Shown here: positions 38,511 through 52,296 of the stretch, piece after piece
Numbering within the stretch: the stretch's first letter is position 1
Layout: each line of letters starts with the position of its first letter
From: Octopus sinensis
Taxonomy: Eukaryota
Direction of reading: 5' to 3'
Assembly (NCBI RefSeq): GCF_006345805.1
Contig: NC_043011.1
Coordinates: 31,880,464 to 31,944,463, forward strand
Length of the DNA stretch: 64,000 bases
Program-made: the position numbers and the translations under genes
The notes under the pieces: model-generated
Told to the model about the DNA's origin: nothing
The model's database searches: none
What the model saw: the letters and a program-made list of their open reading frames with translations, nothing else

Positions 38511-38984
38511 TAAACACACATGTAAATATGATTCATAGAAGGCTAGTCCTTTGTCAAAATGTGTTGGAGTTTTGGTGTGTGGTGGTTGGACGGAGCAGGA
38601 GTGGTGTTAGAGATAGGATGAGGTGAACAGGAGAAGATTAGTGGTTAGTTATAGGAGGGGAGCGAAAAAAAATATATATGAGGAAGTGTGAATGATGAAA
38701 TGTTATTGGCATCTGAGAAGAGAGGAAAAAATAACTACATGTATACTGCATGACACAGAATAAAGAGAATGAGCTGATAAGGTATTGTCAGTTCACAAAA
38801 TGTTTTATAATAGTATTAGGAGATAAAACTGGTGCATAAGTAAATAAATCAATCAATAAATAAATGAATGATTAAATAAATAAGTGGAAGTAGCCAATAG
38901 TCCTTAAGTGAGTTACTATTATTATTATTGGTCAAGGTGGCAAGAGAGCACAATTGTTAGCATGCTAGGTGAAATGCTTTCTTA

Positions 38985-39365
38985 TATTCTTTTATTTCTT
39001 TCAGTCATTTGACTGCGGCCATGCTGGAGCACTGCCTTTAGTCAAGCAAATCGACCCCAGGACTTATTCTTTGTAAGCCTAGGACTTATTCTATCGGGCT
39101 CTCTTGCCGAACTGTTAAGTTACGGGGACGTAAACACACCAGCATCGGTTGTCAAGTGATGTTGGGGGGACAAACACAGACACACAAACATATACGTACA
39201 TATATATATATACAACAGGCTTCTTTCAGTTTCCATCTGCCAAATCCACTCACAAGGCTTTTGTCGTCCTGAGGCTATGGTAGAAGACACATGCCCAACA
39301 TGCCATGCAGTAGGACTGAACCCGGAACCATGTGGTTGGTAAGCAAGCTACTAACTACACAGTCA
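38985..39365 (-). mobile_element. SINE family A
   Basis: Full-length family body. Confidence 0.9.
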
Positions 39366-39369
39366 CTCA

Positions 39370-39775
39370 GAGGCATTTCATTTGTCCTTATGTTCTGAGT
39401 TCAAAGTCCGCCAAGGTCAATTTTGCCTTTCATCCTTTCGGAGTCAATAAATTAAGTACCAGTGAAACACTGGAGTCAATGTAATCGACTAGTCTCTTCC
39501 CTCAAAATTTCAGGCCTTGTGCCTTTTAGTAGAAAGGATTATTATTATTATTATTGGTAAAGGCAATGAGCTGGCAGAATCGTTAGCATTCTGGGCTAAA
39601 TGCTTAGTGGCTTTTTGTCCATCTGCATGATCTGAGTTCAAATTCTGCTAAGGTTGACTTTGCCTTTCATCCTTTTGGAGTCGATAAATTAAGTACCAGT
39701 GAAACACTGGTGTTGATGTAATTGACTAGTCTCCTCCTTCAAGATTTCAGGCATTGTGCCTTTAGTAGAAAGGAT
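39370..39775 (+). mobile_element. Two SINE family B variant copies (others at 42500-42735 and 44420-44845)
   Basis: ttctgagttcaaa...tttgcctttcatcctttcgg...gccttttagtagaaagg(att)n. Confidence 0.8.
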
Positions 39776-40010
39776 TATTATTATTGTTATCATTATTGAG
39801 TGAAAGAGCATGCCATCAAACTAACACTGGGGTACAACTATACGAAGCCCAGTATACCCTTCATGGCTTCCGTCTGATAAGGGTACACCAGACACATGCA
39901 TCACAACCAAATGTGTATGATATGGTGATCTCATATCAAGATAAACAGCGCATGACCTTGCAGGTGCAGCCTCCTCTTCCTCCTCCTCCTCATCATCATC
40001 GTCGTCATCG

Positions 40011-40047
<37 letters not shown>

Positions 40048-40960
40048 TACTTTTCTTTCTTTTTATCACAAGTTTTGTCGGAACTCTTGGAATCTTGCAT
40101 GCATAACAGGCTTGCTACCTGCAGTCTATGGTTTCATGTTATCTGTTCCTTTCAGCTATCTAATACTTTTTTGATTATTCTGGCCATGCCAAGGAGGAAA
40201 ATCTACTGGGCACTCTGTTCCAATTTCCTTTATATTCCTCTTGATGCCGTCTGATACTGTCCCCAAGGACCCAACAATAATTGGCACTATTTTCACCTTC
40301 TTCATTTTCCATAGCCGAGTTATTTTGTACTTAAGAGGGTTGTATTTATCTATTTTTTCACCTTTCTTCTTGATTATTTGTGACTCAAAGGGGCATGCAA
40401 CATCAACTATATAGCACATGTGGTGCACCTTGTCCAACACCACCAGGTCCGGTCTGTTATGCTCTAACACCTGATCTGTTTAGATTGGGAAATCCCAGAG
40501 GATTTTGCTAGTCCCTGACTCCACCACTCTCTGCAGTTTGTGCTCATACCACGCCTTGCCTTTCTCTAGCTCCCACTTTTCACACAGTTTCCAATGTAGC
40601 ACTTTCGTTACCTGATCATGTTGCCACAACTTGTAGTGGTTTGGGGCAAGTCTAGGGCATTTGTGTTATGAGCAATGGTTTCATCCACTCTATTACAGAT
40701 GTGGCACAGTGGAGACACTTGCTTATTCCTAAGGTTGACCTACCAGGTCACGGCCAAAGCTTGGTCTTGCGCTGCCAGTATAGTGCTCTCAGTTTCCTCT
40801 TTTAAGTGTTCTTTTTCAGCCGATCCCATCCATTTTCCCCAGCAACTTCTGTTGTGGCTACATGGAATTGATTGTGCAATCCTTTATTGTGTAATTCTTC
40901 TCATGTCCTTTTCGTACTTCTTCCTTTGTTTTTCCTATTATCCATTGGATAATTGTTTTT
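39775..40960 (-). mobile_element. R4/Dong-type non-LTR retrotransposon 3' fragment (zinc knuckle + restriction-like endonuclease)
   Basis: LKEETESTILAAQDQAL, CHICNRVDETIAH, HDQVTKVLHWKLC and HNRPDLVVLDK..IVDVACP..KIDKYNPL..VPIIVGSLG. Ends in a (TAA)n-like tract. Confidence 0.85.
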
Positions 40961-41675
40961 AAGTTTAACACAAAATTAGCATTTTTGAAGGGAGGGGAAG
41001 TTGATTACACGAACCCTAGTATTCAACTAATATTTATATTATCAACCCAGAAATGACAAAAGATAAAGCTGACCTTGGTCAGCATTGAACCCAAAGACAT
41101 AAATAACTGGCATGGTAATTAATCAATCTATCAGCTCACTGGATAATTAACATTCAACTGTTAAATCAGGAAGAAGCTTTTATATTCAAGTTAATTAACA
41201 AATGAACGGATGTATTATCATTATACAATTAAAATCATGGCTAATTATCATAAGAACAAATAAACAACTAAACCATTAAATGATTAAATCAGAAATTTTT
41301 TATAATCATTCATGCATAATATTTATTTATTTAATTTTTATCTCTCACTTGGTTCTGTCATTGGATTGCGGATTTGCTGAGACGTTATCTTGGAAGGGTT
41401 TTCATCAAATGACACAACTGCAGTACTTAAATCTTTCAAACATGGTACTTATTCTATTTGTTACTTTTGCTGAGCTGCTAAGTTACAGCAATGAAAACAA
41501 ATCAACATCAGTTGTCAAGCAGTTGTGGTGGACAAACAAACACAAAGGCACACACACACATAGATATAAAGATATATATATATAATTGTCATGATTAATA
41601 ATAAATTCTTGTATATTCCATCTTCCGTCTTTCATTTGCCATATACATACATACATACATACATACATACATACA

Positions 41676-41733
<58 letters not shown>

Positions 41734-42059
41734 CATATACATACATATACATACATATATATATATACATATACATATATATAGGTATACACATACATAT
41801 ATACATATGTATATACATATATATATATATATACACATACATATATACATATGTATATACACATACATATACATACATACATACATACATACATATACAT
41901 ATACATGCATAAATATATATAAAAAAGTAACAAACTAAGGAAAGGAATTCCTTCAAGGGGTGTGTAAAACATCCAATTTACTGGTACGTGAGTTGAATAC
42001 TACATAAATAGAGGTATAACGCAAATTACAAGCAATAAATTAAATAAAGAGATTTATCT

Positions 42060-42410
42060 ATATTATGATATAACATAATATACCATGATTATAATATAAC
42101 ATTAAAAAATTATAATAAAACCAAAAGAGCCAGCATTTTGTTTTGACATATACATTACTTGATTTATAAACAATTCATATCCATGAATTTTTTTACAATC
42201 CAGCCGTCCTTTCACACAATTTCATCTGTCTTTTAAACCAAAGCTCTGAAGAGACTTATATATATGGATATGAATTGTTTATAAACCAAATAATGTATAT
42301 AAGTCGAAACAAATTGTTGGCTCTTTTGGGTTTTTTAATAATTTTTTGTTATCTTATGTTATATCTTGTTCATACTATATTATGTTATATTATAATATAA
42401 ATAAATTATT
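42060..42410. repeat. Old AT-rich foldback element
   Basis: ccaaaagagcca...tttataaacaattcatatcca / tggatatgaattgtttataaa...tggctcttttgg. Confidence 0.7.
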
Positions 42411-43606
42411 AGATTGTCAAATGAATCTCTCTATCTAATTTACACACACACACACACACACACATATATTATATCTGTCTGTGTGTATATATATATATAT
42501 AAAGGCGGCGAGCTGGCAGAAACGTTAGCACGCCGGTCGAAATTCGTAGCCATATTTCGTCTGTCGCTGCGTTCCGAGTTCAAATTCCGCCGAGGTCGAC
42601 TTTGCCTTTCATCCTTTCGGGGTCGATAAATTAAGTACCAGTTACGCACTGGGATCGATGTAATCGACTTAATCCCTTTTTCTGTCCTTGTTTGTCCCCT
42701 CTGTGTTTAGCCCCTTGTGGGTAGTAAAGAAATATATATATATATATATATATACTCCATATATTTTTTCCATTTGGAATTAAAGTAGCTTAAATAAAAC
42801 TATATTAACTAGTTTCTATTTCTTATTCTTGCACAAGAAATTCTCTTTTTTAAAATAATTTCTTTAAATACATACCATATTTAATATTTCATATATATCA
42901 TTTATAACTGTCAAATCAAATATTAATTTAAATATAGCTATGCTGTCCCATTGGATGCTTATATATATTATATTTTACTTCTCATGATAAATGCTTTATA
43001 TGGAGTGTATATCACTTAATTACTTATTTTTATATAGAGGGAATGTTTCTTAAATATCTTTCACTTATGTTTTCAAATAACCATCAGCTGCATCAGTTTT
43101 AGTTCATACACAACTAGACTCAACAATACTATCTTAGCATGCTTTAATCTTTCATAAGGATAATATGTATATCCGAATAAGTTATGTGATTCTCACTCCA
43201 TCAAGCCTTCTGTAACAATAATAATATTATTTTTTTGTTGTATTCTGTTTTTGCACTGAGGAGAACAGTAATATGTAATTAATTTAATTTTAATTAAATT
43301 AATTTCTAATTTTTCTACCATGTTATTTACATATTAATATTGCTGTTTGAAACAATCGTATGCATGAATTAAATTCTTTTCAAATTTTTAACATTTTCCC
43401 TTCTCCATCTTTAACGGTTTGTTGAGTTTCTATAGGATACTTGTTCTATAAATTCTCGTAGCACACCTTATACTTGTAGCATTTTCATATTTGCAAAATT
43501 CTTACAACAGTAAGCTACCAATGAAATATGAAGAATCTTTATTAGAAATTGACCTTTGGAACCCGCCAAAGTAAAGGATGAAATAGAACTCAACCTTTTC
43601 TCTCTC

Positions 43607-43652
<46 letters not shown>

Positions 43653-43979
43653 ACACACACATATATATATGGTATTTAAAGTGGATATTTATAAAAGCTT
43701 TCGATATTTAGAGAAAATTGTTGAAACTTTAAATGGTGAATGAATAATTCCACGGGTTTTTAAGTTGATAGATCATGAGAAAAATTCTAATTGAACAGAA
43801 AATCAGAAAAAAACAATGAAAAATAAATCAGGAATGGCAATAAATATATTAATATTGATACAATTAAAATGGTAGAAATAGCAATAGTAATTTTCATCCA
43901 TCCCTCCATCTTCTCTCTCACACACTGTCTTGCAACACGACAATTCCTAGGAGGGCTGTAGAGGTAGAATCCTAAGGCA

Positions 43980-44400
43980 CCTCTTCCATAGGGTGCTAAT
44001 AGAAGCAACTGTTAGACTTTCCAGCTGAATTCCCATGCACAACTAACTGAGACTATGGATGCTATCCAACCTTCTTGCCCTTGGGCTACTTCCAGGTCTC
44101 CTGCCAGTTGGCTTGGCTTGAAGAATCTGCCTTGTAATTCTTTTCTGTGACATTTTAATCAAATATCCGTAATACCAGGGCTGTTACCTTCAAATGTGAA
44201 GAAGAAACAGCTTAACCAGGAGAGATTCATTGATCCCAAGCTATGCACTCTGTTGAGCAACAGTACTCAAGAGATCCTGCACAGGAACCCTATTTCAGTT
44301 GCTTGCATTTGCAATTTTACCCTTTTGGTCATTACCCAACATTCATGACCATAGGTGAGAATAGGCATGAAAACCAAAGTGAAGATTGCAAATTTGGCCT
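43980..44400 (-). mobile_element. Old RTE-X-like LINE fragment
   Basis: Minus-strand QMQATEIGFLCRIS resembles the QAAEM.FLRRI motif of RTE-clade C-termini. Confidence 0.5.
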
Positions 44401-46869
44401 TTGATATTTAGTGGAAATAAGGTAGCAAGCTAGCAGAAACATTAGCATGCATGGCAAAAGGCTTAGCAGAATTTCATCTGCCTTTATGTTCTGAGGTCAA
44501 CTTTACCTTTTGTTCTTTCAGGATTGATAGAACAGGTACCAGTGAAAACTGGAGTCAATGTAATTGATTTAGACCTCTACCCCGATATTGCGGACCTTGT
44601 GTCAAAATCTAGTCAAAATTTAGTGAAAATAAGGCAGCAAGCTGGCAGAGATGTTAGCATGAGGGACAAAGGGCTTAACACCATTTCATCTGTCTTTATG
44701 TTCTGAGTTCAAATGCCACCGAGGTCGATTTTGACATTCATCCTTTCAGGGTTGATAAAATAAGAACTACTTCAACACTGGGGTCGATGTAAACAACTTG
44801 CGCCCTATCCTTAACTTGCTGGCCTTGTGCCAAAATTTCAAACCAATACTTAGTGAAAATTGTGGGAACTTTAAATGAGGAAGAATTCCAAGAATTGTTG
44901 GAACTTTAAATGAGTTTGAATTCAATTTGAAATTGATAAAAAGAAATAAAATCCTAATTGTGCAAAAAATCAGAGACACAATGTAAAAATAAATGAGGAT
45001 TGACAATAAGTAAATAAATATTAATAATTAGACAATCAAAATGGGGAAAATTGCAACAATAATTTCCTATTATAAAAATTAAATTGAGAAACAATTTAAC
45101 GAGTAAATCAAGAATAATGCTCATCAAATCAATAGATATTAACAATTAGACAATTAAAGTGTAAAAGAACATCAATAAACAGCATCAACAATAGCAAAGG
45201 CATGAAAAGACAGGAAGAATAATGGACCTTGAGGAAAAAGCAAAGGTATTTGCCAATACCTGATAATGAGAGAATATTAGTAGCTAAGGTAGAGCCAGAG
45301 AATAATTAGGAGATCATTAATTATTTGGTAATACACACACACACACACCCGCATATATATATATGTATAAATATATAAATACATAAATACATACTTACAT
45401 GAGCACACATGCATGCACACGTACACGTAAATATATATATTACATACATACATATATGCATATGTATGTAGGTATTTTTATAGTAATGCAGAGATAAGAG
45501 TATGAAAGAGAAAAATGGGAGGAATAAGATATAAAAGAGATAAATGCAAAATATGTAAATAATTGATCAAAGAGAACAAAAATAATTAGGATAGTATAAG
45601 GTAGATGATAGGTCGATATTTTGTGTAATAAAGTTAGGAATGGAGATGAAGTTCAGTGTATAATAAAAAGTAGTCCGTTATACCCACATTTTGGGTTATA
45701 AGAAAGCAGAGTTCAAAGCGGTAGAGAAGAATAAGGAAAAAATAAACGATAAAGACCCAGAAATAATTAAGGTTGATGATATATCAAGATTTGTTTATAA
45801 TAAAGAATAAACTAAACATTAATTAGCAGTAGGGGCAGTTCATGTGTGCATGCATGATACAAAGTGATCCGAATGTTTATTCTAATGAAGAACATTAGCA
45901 AAGAATATTTCTAAGTTTTCTTTGGTGCAGAGTTTGCATGGTTTCAAGTTCGCTGAATACAATTTTGCTATTTTTAAAGATTCTCTTGCCAAAGTAGAAA
46001 TTGAATAGATTTATTTTTCAATTCTCAAATGTATATACCAAATAATGTTTGGTTAGATCTGTAAGAGTTTCTGTTCATTTAGTACTCTGACTTTAATTGT
46101 GGTTTTTTTCCCTCATTTCTTTCTGGAAACATTCAATAATACATGCACCAACACACACACATGTGTATAATATACATACAGTTAGCTTCTTTCAGTTTCC
46201 ATCTGGCAAATTCACTCACAAGGTCTTGGTTGGCTTGAGGCTATAGCTGAAGATATTTGCTCAAGGTGCCAGACAACAAAACTGTACCTAAAAAAACCAC
46301 ACAGCCATGCCTACCAACACAAGAAAGAAATGGGAAGGAGAAAATGTAAACACACTGGACTTACTACAAGAACTACAAGTTCGTTAGTACTCATAGTAAG
46401 TTAATTAATCATTCATAAATTAAGGCCAAGAAAGACAGGGTCATTTGGTACAAGATTGTTTAGATTAATTACAAAATCAATTAATTCAATCTCAGGCTGG
46501 AAGGTAATGAATTGGCAGTCATTACAATGTTGGATTGAATATCTCACAGCATTTCTGATTCTCTACACCCCGAGTTCAAATCTTGCCAAGGTCACCTTTG
46601 CCTGCCATCCTTTTTTGGGTCGATGAAAAGGTACCAATTTAGAGTGGAGGATAGGTGCAAATGTAAAAATGTTGGGCAAGATATATTTTTGAATTTGTTC
46701 TGGATTTTTGTCATTCTGAGTTTGAATCCTGCCATGGCTGACTTGGATAATAGACTTATTCCATCATTTAATTTCACATTACCGATGACACCCTAACACT
46801 GCAAGCAAAACTCAACAAGTGACATTTCAGTAAGTGCCACAACTTAGCAAGCACTAGCATAGCAAGTAC

Positions 46870-47400
46870 AAACTGTGTGTGTGTGAGTATGTATATGTGT
46901 GTGTGCGTGCTTATGTGTATATGTGTGTGTGTATGTGTGTAAATATATGCATTGTGTGCATATGTGTATGTATGTGTGAGTGTATATATGCATATGTGTA
47001 TGTGTGTGCATATGTGTGTATATGTGTGTGCATGTGCACACATACATGTGTGTGTATGCATGTATATGTGTGTATGTGTGTGTATATGTGCATGCATGAA
47101 TGTGTGTGCATGTGTATGTGTGTGTATATGTGCATGCTTGTATGTGTGCGTGCATGTGTATGTGTGTGTATATGTGAGTGTATATATGTATATGTCCGTG
47201 TGTATTTGTGTGCATGCGTGCATATGAGTGTATATGTGTGTGTGCACACGTGCATATGTGTGTGTGTATGCGTGTATATGTGTGTGTATAGATGTGTATG
47301 TGTGTATGTATGTGTGTATGTATGTGTGTATGTATGTGTATGCGTGTGTATATGTGTATGTATTTGTGTGTGAGTATAGATGTGTGTGTTGTGTATATTT
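46870..47400. repeat. Cryptic (GT/AT)n purine-pyrimidine alternating tract
   Basis: Directly visible. Confidence 0.95.
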
Positions 47401-47717
47401 GGTCTTAACCACACACCCAATGTTTGAAGAACTCCAAGAATGAAAGAATAAACTCGACTGCTCTCATGAACGAGAATACTAAAAAAAATGAACCTGACTG
47501 CTCTCAAAAACTGAGTAAAAAAACCAGAAAAATAATCCAGAATTCTTGTCTGATATCGGATCAATCCCAAAAATCTAATCAGTTCATGCCAGTCATGAGG
47601 CCAAACATCCCTGAAAGTTTCATCTGAATCCATCCAGTGGTTCTTGAGATATCTTGTCCACAGACAAACAAACACAACTAAAAACAATACCTCTGCCTTC
47701 GCTAAGGCAGAGGTAAA
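47400..47717 (+). mobile_element. Non-autonomous element with terminal hairpin (Helentron/HINE-like)
   Basis: Perfect 12-bp stem tacctctgcctt-cgct-aaggcagaggta at 47688-47715; class assignment is inference. Confidence 0.45.
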
Positions 47718-48724
47718 AAAGACAGGTGAAGTTCACAGTCGGAAGTATTATTAGCTTTGTGTTCAAAGAAATAGTAAGACTTGATTTTTGTAATGTTTCT
47801 GATGTTACCACTTTTGGATAGAGTGAAGAGTGGAAATGTCAGGTCAACAGCAATCTCATCACAGGTTGATGATACCTGCTGCTGTTATTATGTAAACTAA
47901 TACTACCTGTTCCGTGGTCAAGTGGTCAGTGACTAAACCAGGTGCCCCACTTGAGTATTATGCTACTCAAGTAGGAAGAGTGTTTGTACACCTAGCAAGA
48001 TTAAAAACATGACCTGCTGAAGAGTGGGTGGCCTCCTTGTGGGCCAATGGCCATCCAGTTGGGAATGGCAATGGTAAACCACCCCCAGTGTCTCTGCCAA
48101 GAAAATACTAAGAGAAAATTAGAGCCAAGTAATGCTATGGCTTCATGCAATGGGAGAACTCATGTTTAACTGGAAAAACTTTTATTACATAGGTGCATGT
48201 ATTTCCTTTGTGGCAGCACACCTGTTTCTGTCTTCATTCCTAATCTATCTATCACTCTCTCTCCAGCCAGGTAACCTTGTAATTCTTCTACAGCAAGACA
48301 CCTTTTTCTGTCTCTCTGCCCCACTATAACCTTTCATCATCCAACATAAGATCACTTTCTCCAATGCCCTCTCAAGAGATTTGTTTTTTGTCTTGTAAGT
48401 ACTTGGTGACCCTGTCATTGCAGGTGCTCCTTAAAAGCACCCAGTCCATACTGTAAAGCAGTTGGCATTTGGAATGGCATCCAGCTGTAAAAACCTTGCC
48501 AAAACTGACGTCACCTGTGCTTGTGCCACGTAAAAAGCACTAAGTCCACTCTGCTGAGTGGTTGGTGTTAGGAAGGGAGTCCAGCTGTAAAAATCCTGCC
48601 AAAACAATTACAGAAGTCTGGTGCAGGCTGCCTAGCTGGCTCTTGTCAAACCGTTCCACCCATGCCAGCATAGAAGGTGGATGTTAAACGATGATGATGA
48701 TGATATATATTATATATATATATA

Positions 48725-49130
48725 TAGGCGCAGGAGTGGCTGTGTGGTAAGTAGCTTGCTTACCAACCACATGGTTCCGGATTCAGTCCCACTGCGTGGT
48801 ATCTTGGGCAAGTGTCTTCTGCTATAGCCCCGAGCCGACCAATGCCTTGTGAGTGGATTTGGTAGACGGAAACTGAAAGAAGCCTGTCGTATGTATGTAT
48901 ATATATATATAAGTGGGTGTGTATATGTTTGTGTGTCTGTGTTTGTCCCTCTAGCATTGCTTGACAACCGATGCTGGTGTGTTTACGTCCCCGTCACTTA
49001 GCGGTTCGGCAAAAGAGACCGATAGAATAAGTACTGGGCTTACAAAGAATAAATCCTCGGGTCGATTTGCTCGACTAAAGGCGGTGCTCCAGCATGGCCA
49101 CAGTCAAATGACTGAAACAAGTAAAAGAGT
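48725..49130 (+). mobile_element. SINE family A
   Basis: Full-length family body, close to the other copies. Confidence 0.92.
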
Positions 49131-49944
49131 AATATGAATGAAAGAGAGATGAGAGGAAGTGTGTGTGTGAGACTTTTAGAGAGAGAGAGAAAGAGTGAGT
49201 GAATGAGTGAGTGAGAGAGTGAGCAAGTGAGTGAGAGAGAGTGAGAGAGAGAGAGAGAGAGAAAATACAGTTCTAGTTTCCAAACCCGTTCTTGTTTTGT
49301 ATACACCCATTCAAAGTCATTTATATGGTTGTATGTCTGTGTGTGAATATAATTCATGGTTTGTCAATAGATAAGAATGCAGATATTTTAGCTGACAATA
49401 GCTGATAGCAGTTTTACTAGCTCTAATTTCCTAGACAGATATAGCTGAATACACACACACACACACACAACTTTATTCTTTTATTAGTTTCAGTTACTGG
49501 ACTACAGTTGAATTGGGACAATTACATCAATCATAAATCCCATTTAATAGGGAGTTTTTTTAAATCTTTTATCTTTTACTTGTTTCGGCCTTTGGACCAT
49601 GGTCAAGCTTATAAGGTTTTAACCCTTTAGCATTCAGCTAACTCTGTCAAATGTAATGCTTATTCATTCACATTCTTTTAAATTAATCATGCATTTATCT
49701 TGTAGCTTCAAAATGTCGATGATGTAACTGTTTATTTTTAGAACGACATTGTAGGGTAGGTGTGAGAAGCTAGATGTGGACAGTTGGGATATAAAACAGG
49801 GGGAATATTTTGGCTGGGTATGGCCTGTTTAAATGCTAAAGGGCTAATGAAACAAATTGATCCCAGTACTTATTTTTTCAAATCTGATACTTATCTAATC
49901 AATCTCTTTCTCAAACTGCTGACTTTTGAGGATGTAAACAAATC

Positions 49945-50195
49945 AACCCCATTATTTACATTATTTACATTCGACGGATATTTGCCCTCATCTTGTTTGT
50001 TGTTAACACGTTTCAGCTGATATGCCCTCCAGCCTTCTTCAGGTGTCTTGATGTCCAGGTTCGAAATTTCCCCAAGGCACTTGAAGACGGCTGGAGGGTA
50101 TATCAGCCGAAACATTGTGTTAACAACAAACAAGATGAGAACAAATATCCGTTGGATGTAAATAATGTACATAATTCCTCATCTCTTAAATATAG
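49945..50195. mobile_element. Second copy of the palindromic Penelope-end-like repeat
   Basis: Same arms as 27052-27268 with a longer spacer; degenerate hammerhead-like motifs on both strands. Confidence 0.8.
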
Positions 50196-51426
50196 AACTG
50201 TAAATCAACCCCAGTTGTCAAGCACCATAGGGAGGGAACAAACATAAGCACAAAGACACACACACACACACATATATATATAAGAGACTTCTTCCAGTTT
50301 CTGTCTAACAAATCCAGTCATAAGGTTTTGGTTGACCCAGGGCTATGTTAAAAAACACTTGCTCAGAATACCACACTGTAGGATTGACTCCAGAACCATG
50401 AGTTTGTGAGGAAAACTTCTTACCACACAGCCATGCCTGCATTTACCAAAGTGCTAGATTATAGGATAAAAGTGACACAACAAACACAACATCAGTTTTT
50501 CAATCAGTGTAATTACCAATTCAAGCAGAGAAGCCCATCCCCCACCCCCCACACATATCAACATCATCGTTGTTTACATGTCCTCTTTTCCATGCTGGCA
50601 TGTACCAAACAGAATTTGTTGAGGCAGGTTTTTCTACACCTGAATGCTGTTCCTGTGGCCAACCCTCACCTGTTGCCAAGCAAGGTGATATTTCCCTATG
50701 GCCAGACACACACATTTTTCACAAAAGATTTGAAATAAAGAACATCATTTGTATGATAACAAGGGCACACACACACACACACATACACACACTTTACTTG
50801 TGTATTAAGACTACCATTAGTTTCATGTTGAGGAAATACTCAATAATTATTCAAGCCAATCACAAAGAAAACTTGGTGTTTTGTCTCAATTTTGGATTAA
50901 TTTTAATCAAAAATGGAGACAAACATCAATTGTTTTTATGTGATTGGCTTGAATAAATGTTGAAAATTCCCTTAAAATGAAACCGATGGCAGCCTTAATA
51001 CACAAATAAAGAATCTATATCCACCAACGTGGTGTTGCACACTCATTCTTCAATATTTATGTAGATATATTCATGTTTATATATACATATACACACAACA
51101 CACACATATATATATATATATTATATATATATATATATATAACATACACACACAACACACATATATATATACATACACACACACACATATATATATATAT
51201 ATACATACACACAACACATATATATATATATATATACACATGCATATATATATATAATATTATATATATATATATACATATTTCAATTATAACTATATAC
51301 AACTATATAAAACTATATATAACTATATATACATATATATATATATAATATGTATATATATATTTATATATATACATATACATCTGTATATATAAAACAT
51401 ATGTACATATATATGTATGCATGTAC

Positions 51427-51468
<42 letters not shown>

Positions 51469-51530
51469 GGGCTGCTACTGTTTACTTCTTGCTCAGAGAA
51501 TTAGTATTGCTTTTTATATGTATATATATA

Positions 51531-51940
51531 ACTTGGTCACCTAGGTAGCGGAAACTATCAACTACTTCTAGTTTCTCCCCATGGAGCATGATTGAATCTA
51601 TTTTCTGAGTATCTGTTGTGTCTATTGCCCCTGTGTATCTGCCGCACATGAAAGCTATCTTCTCGGTTAATTTTCCTTTGATGTTGCTGCACCTCTTATG
51701 CATCCATAGCTTACACTGGGTACATCTTATGGAGTTTCTACCTACACCTTTTCTACAGATCGAGCAGGGCCACCTACCTGAGGGTGTGTGTGATGAGTTC
51801 ATCTTCCTACTTCCTCGTACTATAACTTTGGTCTTTACTACATTGACTCTAAGGCCTTTTGATTCTAAACCTAGCTTCCACACCCAAAATTTCTTTTCTA
51901 GTTCCGGTAGTGATTCTGCTATAAGGGCCATATCATCGGC
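51531..51940 (-). mobile_element. Internal RTE RT fragment (motif 5 to motif 7) with PHD finger
   Basis: ORF 51482-51931: GLRVNVVKTKV...WPCSIC...CTQCKLWMHKRC...FMCGRY...FRYLGDQV. Flanked by (TA)n, no tail. Confidence 0.92.
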
Positions 51941-51942
51941 AT

Positions 51943-51977
<35 letters not shown>

Positions 51978-52036
51978 TTCGTTTTGGGATTTGGTTTGCA
52001 AGATTCTTTATATGAGTTCGTGTGTTAAAGCATATT

Positions 52037-52296
52037 CTGTTGTGTCTGGGGAGAGTCATTCTCTTTTAGTGCCTTATTATTTAACACATGCACCGGTAAA
52101 ATTTCCACTTATTTCTTATTTCTTAAAATTTTCGTTGTGTCTTGCAACCTTTTCATGAGAGTCAAGACTATTGAAAAGGCTGCAAGACACAACGAAAATT
52201 TTAGAAAATAAAAATAAGAAATAAGTGGAAATTTTACCGGTGCGTGTGTTAAATAATAAGGCACTAAAAGAGAATGACTCTCCCCAGACACAACAG
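52037..52296. repeat. Foldback element with about 120-bp arms
   Basis: 52037-52155 is the reverse complement of 52172-52296 apart from a small indel and a few substitutions. Confidence 0.9.

Noticed and set aside
9678-47687. Many long ORFs rich in YI/CV/HT (e.g. 9685-10395, 31054-31797, 34225-34905, 46911-47687)
   Set aside because: They are translations of (TA)n, (CA)n or (GT)n microsatellites.
52165-52205. Stem-loop followed by GAAAATTTT, hammerhead-like
   Set aside because: No CUGANGA core and no helix I could be formed.
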